NCBI GenBank assembly: GCA_028534125.1
Contig: CM052832.1
Location: forward strand, 22,570,001 to 22,634,000
Length of the DNA: 64,000 nucleotides
Origin: Lama glama
Taxonomy: Eukaryota
Direction: 5' to 3'
Shown: one piece after another, positions 50,445-63,950 of the stretch
How positions within the stretch are numbered: position 1 is the stretch's first letter
Layout: each line of letters starts with the position of its first letter
Made by a program: the position numbers and the translations under genes
Notes under the pieces: model-generated
The model's database searches: none
Told to the model about the DNA's origin: nothing
Seen by the model: only the letters and a program-made list of their open reading frames with translations

Positions 50445-51529
50445 GAAAGGCAATCCAGTGCCAAAGAACTTGGCTGAATTGTGTTCTATGGTTTTGTGGA
50501 AAGTAGAATTTATGAGTGATGAAATTGAGTATTTAGCAGACTTTTAAGCAAAATGTTGACAGTGGGGACTGGATCCTCCTGACTGCTTATAGTAAAAAGT
50601 GAGTTACACTGAAGGAATTGTTAAGCAGAAGGGAACCAGAACTTGAAGATTTGGAAGATACCCCAGCTTCTCCATATTGCAAAACGTGAGAAAGCTGGTG
50701 GTGAAGAGACAGCTAATGGTGTGGCTGAACAATTGATTGATAAGGGTTAGGATGGGTGTGAACCATGAGTGTAATCAGCCATCTCAAAAGAAGCCAGGAG
50801 TAGAGATGAGATTGTATCAGCAGAAACACTGCCAGCTTGTTAACTAAAAGGGACAGAAAAAATGGGACGTAATAAAAGATGGCTATCAGACATCCTGGAT
50901 TCTGTAGCAGCAGACAGTAAAGCTGTCCCCATGCAAACTTACATCATCCTTCAGAAAAAAGGAAGAATGACCCCAGGATGATTCAGAGATCAACAGAGCT
51001 GACACTACACAGTGTCACAGTGGGTAGGGCTAGTTCCTCCCCAGTTCCAAAGCACTGGGCCTCTTTACTTCCCAGGGCCGAGACCCCAGTGCCTCGGGGG
51101 TGGGGCCGCCCTCACAGAGCCTTGAGGGTAAGACTGTCACTCCAGTGGGTCTGAAAGAGCAGAGCATCAAATCAAAGGATTATTCTTGAGCCTTAAGATC
51201 TGATGGAAATCTGCCTGGCTAGGTTTTGTTTCTTCTTCCCAATTGCTCCCTTTTGGAATAAGAACGTCCCACCGTTGTATTTTGGAAACATATAACTTGT
51301 CCAGTTTCACAGGTTCACAGCTGGAGAGGAATTTTATCTCTGGATGAATCATACCTTGAGTCTCATCCATATCTGATTTGTATGATATTTAGATAATATT
51401 TAGATATTTGATATTTGTGTGATATTTAGAATTGATGCTGAAATGAATGAAAATGTCTGGGGCTATTGGGATGGAATGAATGTACTTTGCATGGGAGAAG
51501 GCATGAATTTGGGTGGGGCTGGAGTGGAA
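50445..51529 (+). mobile_element. MaLR internal sequence (MLT1A-int-like)
   Basis: caaagaacttggctgaattgtgttct...tcacaggttcacagctggagaggaatt...purine-rich PPT-like tract before the LTR. Confidence 0.85.
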
Positions 51530-51900
51530 TGTTACAGGCTGAAAAGAGGTGTTTTCCCAGTTTCATATATGAAGCCCTAACCCCCCAGTGTGGCTGTATT
51601 TTGAAGTGAGGAAGTAGTTAAGGTTAAATGAGGCCATATTGGTGGGGTCCTGATACCATGGGATCAGTATCGCTAGGCGAAGAGACACCAGAGAGATACC
51701 TCTCTCTCCCCGTGTGCTCAGAGGGAAAGTCCTGTGAGGACCGAGCAGCTGTCTGCAAACCAGGAGTGTTCTCACCTCCAAATGAACCCCGCCAGACCTT
51801 GTTCTTGGACTTCCAGCCTCTAGAACTAGGAGAAGCCACTTCTGTTGTTTAAACCACCCTGTCTGTGGAGTTGTCATGGCAGTCCCAGCGGACTGGTATA
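51530..51900 (+). mobile_element. MaLR 3' LTR (MLT1A-like)
   Basis: gaagccctaacccccagtgtggctgtatt, aaggttaaatgagg, cttggacttccagcctctagaact. Confidence 0.9.
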
Positions 51901-52089
51901 AACAGCAAGGGCACAGTGTTGTGTAGCGTTTTCCTGCTTGTGTAATTGTTTCATTATATTTTGGGAAGGAAATTTGGGGAGGGTGATTAGTCCACAGCTA
52001 CCATTGTCTTTAGCTATGAAAGAACTGACATTAAATCCAGCATGACTGATTTTTTTTTTTTAATTCTGAATGTAGCCACTTGGTTATCC

Positions 52090-53370
52090 TGATTCTTGAA
52101 ATATTTGAATTTTTTCAATTTCTTTCTATTTGTGTCATTTTTCTTTCACGTTACCATTTTGGGATTTAATTTTAGTCTTTTTTTTTTCGTCCTCAATTTT
52201 TTTTTCTCTTCTTCTAATGTATGCACTCTACTTTTAATCTCATATTGATTACCACTGAAATTTTATCATGCATATTTAACAGAACAGAATCTAAATGTGA
52301 AAAAAATCTTTATCCTAAACAAGATGTGATCTTGTGTTTTCTTTTGGGCTGTTGGAGATACTTCCTTTATCCTGGAACCTTCTAGTTTCACTAAGACATG
52401 TCTTAGGGAATTTGTTTTGCTACGTCCTGTTTGCGGCAGGTTGTCCTGACTAGATCTGAGGATTGATGGTTTTCATCTTTTCTGAGAGATAACAGTGCTT
52501 TTCCTCCATTTCCTTCAAGCTGTCTGTGTGCGGCTGCAGGTGGACTTACATCGGTCCTTACCGTTTTATTTTCCAGTGTCTCTTAACTCCTTGTTCATAT
52601 TTTCCCTTCTCCTTATTCCTCTTTACTGTATTCCAGACACAGTTTTTTGGAGCTCTCAGTTTACCAATTCTTTCTTTATTGCATAAAACCAATGTTTAAC
52701 TTATCCATAGAACTTTTGATTTCTACAAATATATTTTTTCATTTCTAAAAGAAGCCTTTTATCCTAGTATTTTTTTCTATTGCCAGTAGTTCCTTGCTGA
52801 ATACTCAGCTTTATATCGAATATTTTACTTTTTAAATCATTTTATGCAGCTATGAAATACAGCCAACAAGTTAAACATCTGCAGTCTTTGTGAACCTAAA
52901 TCTGTTATTTCTTGTTTATGCTTACTGATGCTAATAGCAGTGATTTTGGTAATTTTGTGACTTGATTACTTGATCATAATTGGGGTGAGTCCTTCAGGAC
53001 TAACATATTTATTAAATCCAACGTGACTGTTTTTTCCTTAAACCTCTGAGTTTAGTCTGTTTAGCTATCTTGATTGTGATTATAATGAACTTCTTCTGTC
53101 AATGTCTTCTTACCCCATTTTTCTTTTCTTTTACCAATTTTGGATTGACTGTTTTTCATTTTTTTCTTCCTCATTTTTTTCTCTCATTCAGAATTGTAAT
53201 TCTACCTTTACTCTCTCATACTGGTTAGCATTGAACCTTTACTGTGCATATTAAACATAAAATCTAAAGCTGAACAATATCTTCATCTACATCCTAAACA
53301 ATCTGTGGACTTTAGAACACTTACCTGATTGCCTTCCCTCAGACTTACATATCATAGAGTTCCACCATAC
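52090..53370 (-). mobile_element. Ancient L1/HAL1-like fragments
   Basis: T-rich antisense ORF1 and inter-ORF-like phrases; two related blocks at ~52150-52330 and ~53130-53320. Confidence 0.55.
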
Positions 53371-54127
53371 TAGTGCCTCTCTGGCTCACCGGTGCTTTAA
53401 GTCCCTTCTCTCTGGCACATTTCTTCAACTCCATGGCCTCAACTCTTGGCTTTCCTTCCCTAAATTCCTTTGTGTCCCTAACGTGAGTCCTGAGCTCTCC
53501 CATGTCAGATGTCAGCCTCAGAAACCCAAGCCCCTGTGCGCATGTTGGTTTCTCTGTGGGCTTCCTGGGAGAACGCTCCTGCCTTGTGTAAGACCAGCGA
53601 TAGCTCCAAGAGTAAGTTTTTTCCAGGGTCTAGTTACTGTGAGAAGGCGACCCCATATTGTGAGAAGGAGACGCCCCCCCCATAGCAGTGACCATTGGTG
53701 ATACATTGATTGTGAACTTTTCATTTTTTATTGCAGCCATTATTTCTCTCATATCCAAGATAGCTAATTAGTTTTTTAAAAATCAGAACTTGTTCTTGTT
53801 TCATAACCACTACTCTTGTTTAGTAACCTACTGTTAATTTTTCACAGGTGCAATTACTTAATTAATTTTTTTATCTAAAAATTAATTGTTCAGTTTTTGC
53901 TATATGTATAGGAAATTCTTCTAGGTGCTGGAGAATATAGCAGTAAGTAAAAAAGCAATATTCTCTGCTTTCATGAAGCCAGTATCGTAGTGAAAGAACA
54001 TAATGGCTAACATTCATAGAATGCTTAATATGTCAGGCATTAGTCAACAGCAACATTTTCCATATTATATAAAAAAAAATTATTTCTACCTTTACTTACT
54101 ATCTTCCTGGATACAAAATATACATAT

Positions 54128-54497
54128 CAAAAAAATACCCTATGATATCACTCTTATGTGGAATCTAAAAAAAAAAAAAGAAGACGACAAATGAACTTAT
54201 ATATAAAACAGAAACAGACTCACAGACATAGAATACAAACTTGTGGTTGCCAGGGGGGCGGGGGTGGGAGGGGGCAGACTGGGAGTTTGAGATTTCTTGA
54301 TACTGACAGGTATATATAGAATAGATAAACAAGTTTATACTGTATAGCATAGGGAAATATATTCAAGGTCTTGTAGTAGCTCATGGTGAAAAAGAATATG
54401 AAAACGAATATATGTATATTCAAGTATGACTGAAAAATTGTGCTGTACACCAGAAATTGACACAACATTGTATACTGACTATAACTCAATAAAAAAA
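54128..54497 (+). mobile_element. Young camelid-type L1 3' end
   Basis: atgtggaatctaaaaa...acagaaacagactcacagacatagaa...gctgtacaccagaaattgacacaacattg...aataaaaaaa. Confidence 0.9.
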
Positions 54498-57245
54498 TTC
54501 AGATTGCTCCATTATTTCTGTTCTTTCACATTTAAACTCTTCCATAAGTGCATCCTAATAAACTAATGCATATATAAACCCTCCTTCACATGTTAAATTT
54601 CCATATGCTTAGTGTCTTGCTGCTGTATTTCCATTTTCCAAAAATGACTTCTCCTCTGCTCATCATGGATTCTAAATCACCTCCTTAGGAGACCACCTTG
54701 TAGCAGCATTAATCCAAATCTTAACGTTCAAATTTTAAATGACCCTTAGAATGTAAACAACTAGTTGGTATGTTTGATAAAATCTTTCCTGCAAATGCGC
54801 ACATGCACACACATACATATATATGTGTGCGTATATATATGCATTTATAACAGTATAATCTTTTGAAAGCATTGGCCTTTTTTTTTTTTTAACCACTGTA
54901 GCTTCCTTTTTGTTTCCTATTTTGAGGTATATTTTCCTAGTCGATGGAGATACTCTTCTTTGATTTCCTAGAATAAATATGTATTTAATAATTTTTCTTT
55001 ATCAATTTTCTATCATTTCTATGAGTTTTGTGGAAAAGGAGGACATTTCACTCTATGCTTAGTCTACCTTCTTAAATAGAAATACCAATTTAGATTTCAT
55101 GTCATTTTAGAACCCCTGATAAAAACTGTACTTGTGTGTTACCAAAAGTTGTTTTTTTGTGTGTGTTTTTGTTTTGTTAGAAATCTCTTCCACATTTTGG
55201 TATACAATAACATTGTCTCATTTGTTAAAGCATTTCCTTGGGTTGCTGTAAATAATAAAGGGCAGTTCTGTTAAGTGAAGCTATTGAAAGTCTTCATGGT
55301 TACTTCTACATTTGGAGAGGAATATAAGTTCAAGATTGCTGTCCCCTAAGTGAGATGTCACAACTTTGCAGCATAAACATTGTCCTTGCTTGGGTTTGGA
55401 CTCCACTTACATTGTTTAAACCCTTGGACGTTGATACTGGCATCGTTGTAAAACTGACATTATATCCTGTGAATTCCTCGAATGCTTTTAGTCTTTGTTG
55501 AATGAGAAGTAGTAAAATAATTTTATTGCAGCTACCATTTGGGTTTTATTAAATGCCAGAAGTATAGGGCATGCCTATTCAAGGCCCTCTCTACCAGTTA
55601 TTTCTTGATGGAATGAAATCCGCTCAGCATGGGATTCCTCTGAAGTAGGATGAATACCATCAAATCCTTCAGTAGATCCCTAAACGTGTGTTTTCATTTC
55701 CCTCATGTAGGCAATGAAAGATGTACAGGTCCCCCATGGAGCACCACTTGTTATAGTCTGTCCCTTTACCTGAAGATGCCTTTCTATGAATTTATACTCT
55801 GGATCAGAACCTCCAGTTTACTAAGTAGCCACCTCATAGTTGCATGTCATTCCAACTGTGCAAGCAACAGCTGCGAACGAGAGAAACGCATTTCATCACA
55901 GAGCTTATGGGGCTCAATATGTTAGTTCTGTTTATTCAAAAGACCACCTGTGTTTCTGGGGAAATTGGAAAAGTTCCAAAGGAGAACGAAGACACAGCAG
56001 ACAGTGATGAACCCTTCAGAATTGTAAGCTGAAGCATCATTGCTGTGGGTTAAAAGCAATGCGACAGTCCTGTGGGGAACTTGATCTCTGATATCTGTGG
56101 CAGAGCATTCTTGGTTCGAATATTAATTGGCAAGTTGGTGGCTACAATGCCCAGCTCCCTTTTCTCACATATAGAAAGGATCTGAAGTCATGACTGTCAT
56201 TGGGAGGGAAAAATCGCATTGATGTGTGACAGGAAATAACCCTAATTGTTCCTTTTTTTAAAGCTGTATTTTTCCGTGTTTACTTTAACGTTTGTGAAGG
56301 TTAGGTTGTTGACCATAAATATAAAAAATATTCTCTTTACTCTTGAATACATAATCATTCTGTCTCCTCCAGGCCGTTGAGGGAAATGGAGTCACCTTGG
56401 AGCTCCTCAGCAAACCCTGCCCAGCAAGAATTTTGGTGGTACTGTGACATAAGGGGGGAGACAGTGGGAAGAATGAGTGAATGAATGAATGAACGAATGA
56501 TGCATTTGTGATACTCAGTGTTCTTGTAACACAGGCTGCCGCGGAAGGGAAAGTGCACAATTTGCCTGGCAGGATACCTAGATTGAGCATAGCCTCAGGG
56601 TGGGAATAAAAAGGAAGCATTTCCTTCTTTCCCTTTCCTGGTTGTGTCCACAGTGAGACTGAGTTGGAGATGACACCGCCCTGGTAACTTAGAGCATCTG
56701 TTCTAGGTGAAAAGCGCTGTCGTTGCACCTCCGACTTCCTTCTACCCCATTAAAGGCTCTGTGGCAATTTCAGGGCGTCCTTCAGTGCTTTGGTGTCTGT
56801 CCTACCTGCGCATCGTGGTAACTTTCTCCAGGTTGCTTCTCTGCATGGCTTCTAAGTGCAGAGTAGACTCCCTAGAGCAGCTTAAGATGATTTTACATTG
56901 GACAAAGCAGCCACTTGGGACTGAGTTGATTTGGAAGATGCCTTTTAAGTACCTCCAGAACATACTCTTCACCCGGGTTTGCCTCGCTTTGTTATGAAAG
57001 CGTTAGATACACTGTGGGGAAGCCAGACTTTTCAAATAATGTGACATGCTCTCTGCTCAAGATCTTTGATTCCTGGCACTGAAATTTGCTTCTATAGCAT
57101 TTCTTGCAGAATCCATGGACCAATTTTTTAAAATGAGGTTTAGTAAAGGCACAGGTTATGAAAGGAGATAGATATTATATAGAACTATGTTTTCACCTGA
57201 GAGTCTGAGCTACTTGTTTGCCAAAAGCAAGCAAAATGCTAAGGG

Positions 57246-57275
57246 AAAAAAAAAAAAAAGAGAGAGAGAGAGAGA
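57246..57275. repeat. A-run plus (GA)n microsatellite
   Basis: Directly visible. Confidence 0.9.
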
Positions 57276-57422
57276 ATTGCCTCAGCAGAGAGTATTGTGG
57301 TGGAAGGCAGAGGGGAAGCATACATAGAATTACAGCATCATGTAGGGAAAAAGTGGGAAAGTACATGGTGGAAGCAGAGAGAGCTCTGTTTTTGAAATGT
57401 GATCCATATATATGATAGGAAA

Positions 57423-57478
57423 TTATATATATATACACACACACACACATATATATATATGCTTATGTGTATATATAT
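57423..57478. repeat. (TA)n(CA)n(TA)n microsatellite
   Basis: Directly visible. Confidence 0.9.
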
Positions 57479-57965
57479 TCTTTCTTTCCTTTATTTCCCT
57501 CTGCACTTTTAATATGAAATTCTTGATGCTAAAGAGACACTACCTGCCACACAATGAGTATTTGTGTGGATTGTACCCTGGGCCAGGGCAGCTGAACATT
57601 CTGGTTGTGGCTAGTTAATTGGTGCTGAAAAGGAAATGCCTAGACTTGCCTATGAAAAATTTCCCAACTGTTTCCTCTCGCAGCTGGTCGACCTGAGAGC
57701 AGGTTTCTAAGCCAAGATCTGGTGTGAGGTGGCAGCAGTGGTTAGGAGGTCCGCCAGTGAAGGCCCCCTTCAGAAAACCATTCACACCTGTGTTTCAGGA
57801 AATAAAATTGCCTTTGTTATGTTCTCCCTCTTCTGTTTTCGCTGATGTAACAGTGTGGGTTATTGAGAAATTAACTGGGGTCCCGTCCTTTTGGCTGCCT
57901 TATACTCTGCCACAAAAAGAATGAGAAGGCAGAGTTTTCTCCCCTTTAAGCAAAAGTCATATAAG

Positions 57966-58147
57966 CAGTGCTACCCAAAGCATGGTCCGGGGACCAGTAG
58001 CATCACCCAGGAGCTTGTTAGAAATGTATTTTCTCAGGCTCTACCTCAGGTCTGCTGAAGCAGAATCTCCGAGGTGGGGACCAGCCATCTGTGTTTTAAT
58101 AAAATCTCCAGGGGAGTTTTATGAACTCTGAAGTTCGAGAAGGAGTG
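57966..58147. mobile_element. MER5A (hAT-Charlie)
   Basis: cagtgctacccaaagcatggtcc...agcatcacccaggagcttgttagaaatg...aatctccaggggag...aagttcgagaa. Confidence 0.88.
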
Positions 58148-59089
58148 GGGGAGGGAGGAGAACACTTTTGTGTTTTGAGCCCACCCAAAGTATGTTTTCT
58201 GGATTTTCCCAGAAAGAAGAAGGCCGTTGGCCAATGACACCCATTTCTAAGAAATGCCCCAGTGGGTGGCAGAACCTCTGAGGAGAGGCCCTGGGGACAC
58301 CCGAGGACAGATCACCTAATGTGTGGCCGTGAGAGTGGCCTTGAAGATCCTGGCTGCTGACTTCGGCTTGAAAAGTGGGGACACTGCCACCAGAACCGTC
58401 TGGCTATTTGTGTGCTAGTGGTCGTGGGCCATGAGCATCTCTTGAGGATGCTATCAAAAATGGAAAATCAGAGGTCCCCCCGATCCAGGGTTCTCGAACT
58501 GTGTCAGCCCTCAGATAATCTCGGGGAAGTAGGGACAGGTCCCCATTATATTCCTCAGATTGGATTTACTTCCAATTTTGGCTTGTATGAAACAAACACA
58601 ATTTAGTTCAGTCTCAAAGACAAATCAAATATACACTTGAGTATATTGTGAAAACCACTCATAAACATAACAGTAGGAAGAAATATTTGGGAAAGCATAT
58701 CAAATATGAGAATGTCTTTTCCCCCCTCTCTGTTCATAATAAGATGGAGAATTCTCATGTCTGACATCCTCTGGGGACTGCTCCGTTGAAGGCTTTTAGC
58801 AAATTCCTTCTGGTTAACTAGCTGGCAGAAAGGAAAACATATATTCCCCTTATTTGTCTCTGTGTGAAAATTGTCTTTAAAAGGACTTGTAGAGAATAGG
58901 AGAAAATAGAAATGCCAGTGACTGGTTGGTTGCAGGTTGACCTGCAGGAACTCATGTGTGTTGTAGTAGAAGAGAGGCAGGACTCAGAGACTTGGCTCCC
59001 AGCTACCGGGGCTTTGACAAGGTGATTTTGTTTTTCTGTGGTTGGGTTTCACCACCACCCTCTAAGGACTCATCAGAGCTTGCTGTAGC

Positions 59090-59404
59090 TCACCCTTCCA
59101 CATGATAGAAGTGTCTGCTTTGGTGTCACTTGCTGAGAACGGCCTTGCTGGACCTCCATGTTTAAAATAGGTCCATCCTCCCCCCCAGTGCCATTCTGTG
59201 TCCTTGTTTTGCTTAGTTTCTTCTTGGCCTTGATCAGAAATGGTGTTCCACATTTATACACTTGCTTTCTCTTGTTTTCGCCACTAGGCAGTGAGCCCCG
59301 TGAGGGCAGGAACGTGATGCATCTTGTTCATCCTCGTACCTCCATGGCTGGAAGACCACTTAGCAGCAGTAGGCGATCATACGTATTTGTTGAATGAATG
59401 AATA
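59090..59404 (+). mobile_element. L2a-like 3' end
   Basis: gtgagccccgtgagggcagg...gtaggcgatcatacgtatttgttgaatgaatgaat. Confidence 0.85.
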
Positions 59405-59504
59405 ATTGGTCTATGATAGGGCTGCATACATAGACCTTCAGGTACTTCTGTGATGGTTAGGTAACCTGTAGGTGGATGCACGTCCATATCACTGCAGAGA
59501 TTAC

Positions 59505-59745
59505 CTAGTAATGTGGTTGAGAACCTGGGCTTTGGAGTCAGAGAGATTGGGGTTTGATACCTGGTTCTGTGGTTGACCACTGATCGTAACCTAGGGCAGG
59601 TTATGTTACCTCTGTTGGCCTGTTTCTTGTCTGTAAAATGGGCTAGTAACACATGCATCATGGGCTTAATAGGAAAATCAAATAAAATAATGTTGGCTTA
59701 GCAGAGTGCACAGTACATATGAAAAGTAATTGAGTGAATAAATGA
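59505..59745 (+). mobile_element. MIR SINE
   Basis: gggctttggagtcagagagattggggtttgatacctgg...tctgtaaaatggg. Confidence 0.85.
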
Positions 59746-60004
59746 AGCTCATGAAAGTACTTTGAAGAAGGCATAGACCTGTAGCAGCATAAAATGTTAT
59801 TATTCATGTAATTAATAAGTCCCAAAGTGCTTCCTATATGAGGTCCTAATGCCTAGTTCCCGTAGGCAGAGAGACATACTCAGCAAGGTTTGTAAGAATT
59901 GCCCACATCATGTACGCGGAAGGAATGCAACCTTTCCCAGCTCTATTGTCCTGTGAAAACATTTATTATAACTCGTCTCACGTGGGGGAAGGAAAATACC
60001 CCCA

Positions 60005-60170
60005 CACTCTGGAATGCACGTCAGATGACCTCTGTTCTGCTTCTAGGTCTGTCGCTAGTATGCTTTGTCATTCTTGGCAAGAAATAGCCTCTGGATCCCA
60101 GGTTTTTCATCTTCAAAATAAGAACATAGGAATAGATGATCTTGGTGGCTTTTTTTTCAGTTATAAATAT
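60005..60170 (+). mobile_element. MIR3-like SINE
   Basis: cttggcaag...cctctggatcccaggtttttcatcttcaaaataagaacataggaatagatgat. Confidence 0.6.
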
Positions 60171-61449
60171 TCCATTAACTTACTTACTTTGTTAGATAGC
60201 CTATTTATAAGGGTCTTTTATTTTGATTTCCTGAGCCCCATTCTAACCATGGCACGGACAACCTAAGTGATCCCGAGACATCAGTTTAGCACTTCCTGTA
60301 AAAACTCCAGCACATCACAGGTCTTCACTCCCTGTGCCATTGCTTTTATTAAGATGTCTTACTGAAATTGTAGGTTATAAATATTTATGCTGTCAGCATT
60401 CAGCTTCCAGTTTTATAAAGATTGCGAGGACATTAAAATATTGATACGAGGAGAATGAGGGGTTGTTGATTTTTCTGTTGCTAAATGAAGTTTAATTTTA
60501 TTTTGTGGGAGAAAAACTTTAAAAAATAGTGTTATAAAGGCATTGTGGGAAGTAGAAAGTCAGAGTGAGAGATGCTGCCCAAATAAGCTTAGAATCAACA
60601 CTTAAGTTTGTTTCAGATACTTCTGTACAACATATGAGTGTGAACCAAGTGAAATAAAAAGAGTGCATATAATGTGTCTTATAAAATAAATTTCTAAAGG
60701 GGGCAGTTTTAGAGGAGCCTCCAGCTGCCCATCTGCCTGACTCGTCTCGGTTCAGAACACAAAGAGCTCTACGTGTAAGGTTTCTGGGCTGACTGTCAGC
60801 TCTTTTGGCAGTAGACAGAGAATCCTACGGAAACCAAGTTCAGCTCAGGGGTCCCTGACCCCTGGCTCTCCTAAGCTGCAAAGCCTCTCAGCTCCTAGTT
60901 TGGCTGGTGCCCTCCTCTGGGGGGCATAAATTTTACTCTTGAGCCTACAACACAATACCAAGCCCTTCCATAGCTTTGAGCCACTTTCTTGAACTGATTT
61001 TTCCCCTCTTGTCCTCCCAATTTGATAATTACATGGATCACATAAAATGGTACTTTATTGTCCCAGAACATAATCTCCATATACATACAAAACGATGCTT
61101 GATTTATCATCTATGGAACCCTAATCTTTCTACCTACATCAAAATTTCTTATATTTTATTTTGTTTTCTTACTCACATCAAAAGTTATTCTGTTTCATTG
61201 TTACCCCTCACTAGAATCTTGTGTTTAGGATCATAAGAGGTTATAGAAAGGGGAGACACTTCAAAAGCTGGTTGGTGAAGTGCTTGTATCTAGAAAGAAC
61301 CAGCATAATGTTCCATGTCTCATGGTTCCCCAGTGTTAATGAGCATCAAGGTGATAGAGGTCTTTTTTAACATGAGATAAGAGACTCAACGGAGCATTTT
61401 AATGCAGCCTCATCTCACTCATCCTCAATTATTAGGGCTACTTTCACCA

Positions 61450-61664
61450 CTGTTTATAAAAATGTGCATGCAAATGGCATCATTAGTCTATAATTAATGC
61501 TGCTTGTCCCTGGGAGTTCTGCAGTGGCCTCTGGGCGATGTGAAGGACGCTGTCTGCATTGGCTGCCCTGTGTTCTCACCACTGTTATTTACTGTGCGCA
61601 GCGAGCACAGGCATTACATGGGATTCTGTTCCCTGCCATGCTTCGGTGCTTCCTTCCGGTAAGC
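61450..61664 (+). promoter_or_regulatory. Candidate alternative promoter or first exon ending in a strong donor
   Basis: TATAAAA at ~61455, octamer ATGCAAAT 61468-61475, ATGs at 61618 and 61638, donor CCG|GTAAGC at 61658/61659. Confidence 0.25.
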
Positions 61665-62919
61665 AGGCAATAACATCAAATTTAAAGGAATCCCGCTCTT
61701 CCAAACAGGTCAAAACAAGTACTCAAAGAGCATTTGATATTTTTCTTGTGCATATCACATGCCTTGCTAAGGTCCTTCCTGTATAGAATTGAATCAGGGC
61801 CGTTGTCCATTTGGGAGGTAAAAAAGTGTCCAACCGCAAACAAAGGCTCAAACTTGTTAGCATATGATTTTGCATATTATTTGCATGTTAATGGTCTGAT
61901 GTCAAAACACACAGTCATCTACCTGTCCCTGTTCCTTCCCCTCTATTGTCAAGATGGGCTGATTAGTCTCATTAAAATTAACTCTTAGGCTTCTCCCAGC
62001 CTCAACCCCAGCAAAATGAAAAGCTGCTACAGTGACACAAGATGTTGTAAATTGTTCTGACTTTGCTGGAAGACCTGTCATGGTGATGCTAAAAAGCCAA
62101 AGCAAAGAAGTCAGTTGTATGGATGAAATTTTCGATTTGTGAGATGGGAGATTGAGTGCTGTTAATCTTGTTCTCCAAGCCCAGAGAGCTTTTTTCTTCT
62201 CATTGCCCTAAAACTCCAAAGAACAGCTATTTGGGTGTTCTGTTACCTTACCCGTTCCAAATGGACTTAGTTTTAAACAAAGATAAGTGAATCTGTGATC
62301 CATGCATAAGAGCTGCTCATGTTTCTGTGCAACGAAGTATTACAGATGTTTAGGAAAAAAATAAAGGAAACATATCAAGTAGAAGATTCTAATGAGGAGC
62401 AGAATTGTCTAAGGGTGGCATCCTGGACATCATTTTGATGGGGAGAATGCAGGTTTGTTAGTGGAAGGTACTCTTCTCAAATCAGTAGCAGAGAGAGACA
62501 GTGCATATGGAAATACTTGCTAATAATGGTGAGATGTTTGATTTCAGAATCCAATTAATTCAGAAGTGACTGTAGCTCTCTGGTGTAGTTAAATCTGGTA
62601 CATACAGCTACACACACATACACACACACATTCCTCTGTGATAATTTAAAGAATTGTATAAGGGAAACTGGGGAGGTATAATTGCTAAGTGGTTTAGAAT
62701 TATTGTTAAGGTGACAGGCACTCTGCAGGAATACAGAGAGGTGTAATGAAAGCCCTACCCTCAGTTCAACTATGTTCTAGCTGGAAAGACAAATCAAACT
62801 CATATAAAAACGTAGCTACCATTTTACAGACCGTAAGTGCATAAGATTCTGAGGAAGGAAGTTACGGTGTTGGAGGAAGTTCTTCATGAGTCTCAGGACA
62901 TAGCAAAGACACTTATAAT

Positions 62920-63030
62920 ATTATTCACTTACCCGTTTACTCGGCTAACATTTGTTGAGGACCTATGCATTAGGCACTGTGCCCCGTGCTAGGTATGAAG
63001 CAGTGACTGGGGCACAGTTCCTATTTCCCG
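62920..63030 (-). mobile_element. L2 3' terminus
   Basis: aacatttgttgaggacctatgcattaggcactgtgcc. Confidence 0.7.
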
Positions 63031-63034
63031 ATTC

Positions 63035-63265
63035 AATAATAACTAATAAATCATTTAATTTGTATAGTATGGAAGGGTTCATGAAACTCTTGTATTTTAT
63101 GTTTACGTGTATAATCAATGCAACCTTAAAGGCTAGTATTTATTGCCCCCATTTTTGGTGAACATACTTTGGGAGAGGGAAATGAGTTTTCAAAGTCTCA
63201 CAGCAATAAGGTGGCTGAGGCTGGTCTTGAACTCCGGTTTTTTGATTCCAGGTCCTTTACCATCT
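63035..63265 (-). mobile_element. MIR SINE
   Basis: tattttattgcccccattttt...gtctcacagcaataaggtggctgaggctggtcttgaactc. Confidence 0.7.
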
Positions 63266-63334
63266 CAAGTATACCAGAGGGGAGCAATCTAGCTGGGATG
63301 CAGTTTTCACGTATAGGAGAGGTAGAAAAAATAC

Positions 63335-63950
63335 TCTGCCCTAACTCCCGTGTCTGGGAGAAGAGGGGATTAAAGATTGAATTCGGTCATCAGTGGCCAA
63401 CGATTTAATTAATTATGCCTACATAATGAACCCTCCACACAGACTTCTAGACAACAGTTTGGAGAGCATCTGGGCTGGTGAACGCATCGGACTGCTGGGA
63501 GGACGGCGTGTGTGGGGCAGGCCTGGAGGGCCCTGTGCAGCGCCTCCCCCCCAATACCTTGCCGGGTGCATCTCCTTCTGTTGGCTCTCCTTGAGCTGTA
63601 TCCTCAGACATAATCATAAACCAATTTTAGTAAGTAAAGCACTTTGCTGAATGCTGTGCACCATCCAAGTGAATGACTGAACCGAGTGGGAGGTGGTGGG
63701 AACCACTGATCTCGGAGTCCCCTGGGAAGAACTGTGGGTAGTGTGGGTCCCCACCACTGCTGGAGTCTGAAGTGAGTGTTGTCTTGTGGGACTTGAACCC
63801 TTATCCTGTGGGGTCTGATAATAACTCCAGGTATTTGGTGCCAAACTTGAATGGAATTGTTGGACACCCAATGGGCATCACAGAGTTTGAGAACTGATTG
63901 GTGTTTTGTAAAGACATCACATATTTGGTGTCATGAGAAAAAAGAAAAAG
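63335..63950 (+). mobile_element. MER21-type LTR
   Basis: cagtggccaacgatttaattaattatgcctacataatgaacc, tcttgtgggacttgaaccctt, acatatttggtgtca. Confidence 0.85.
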
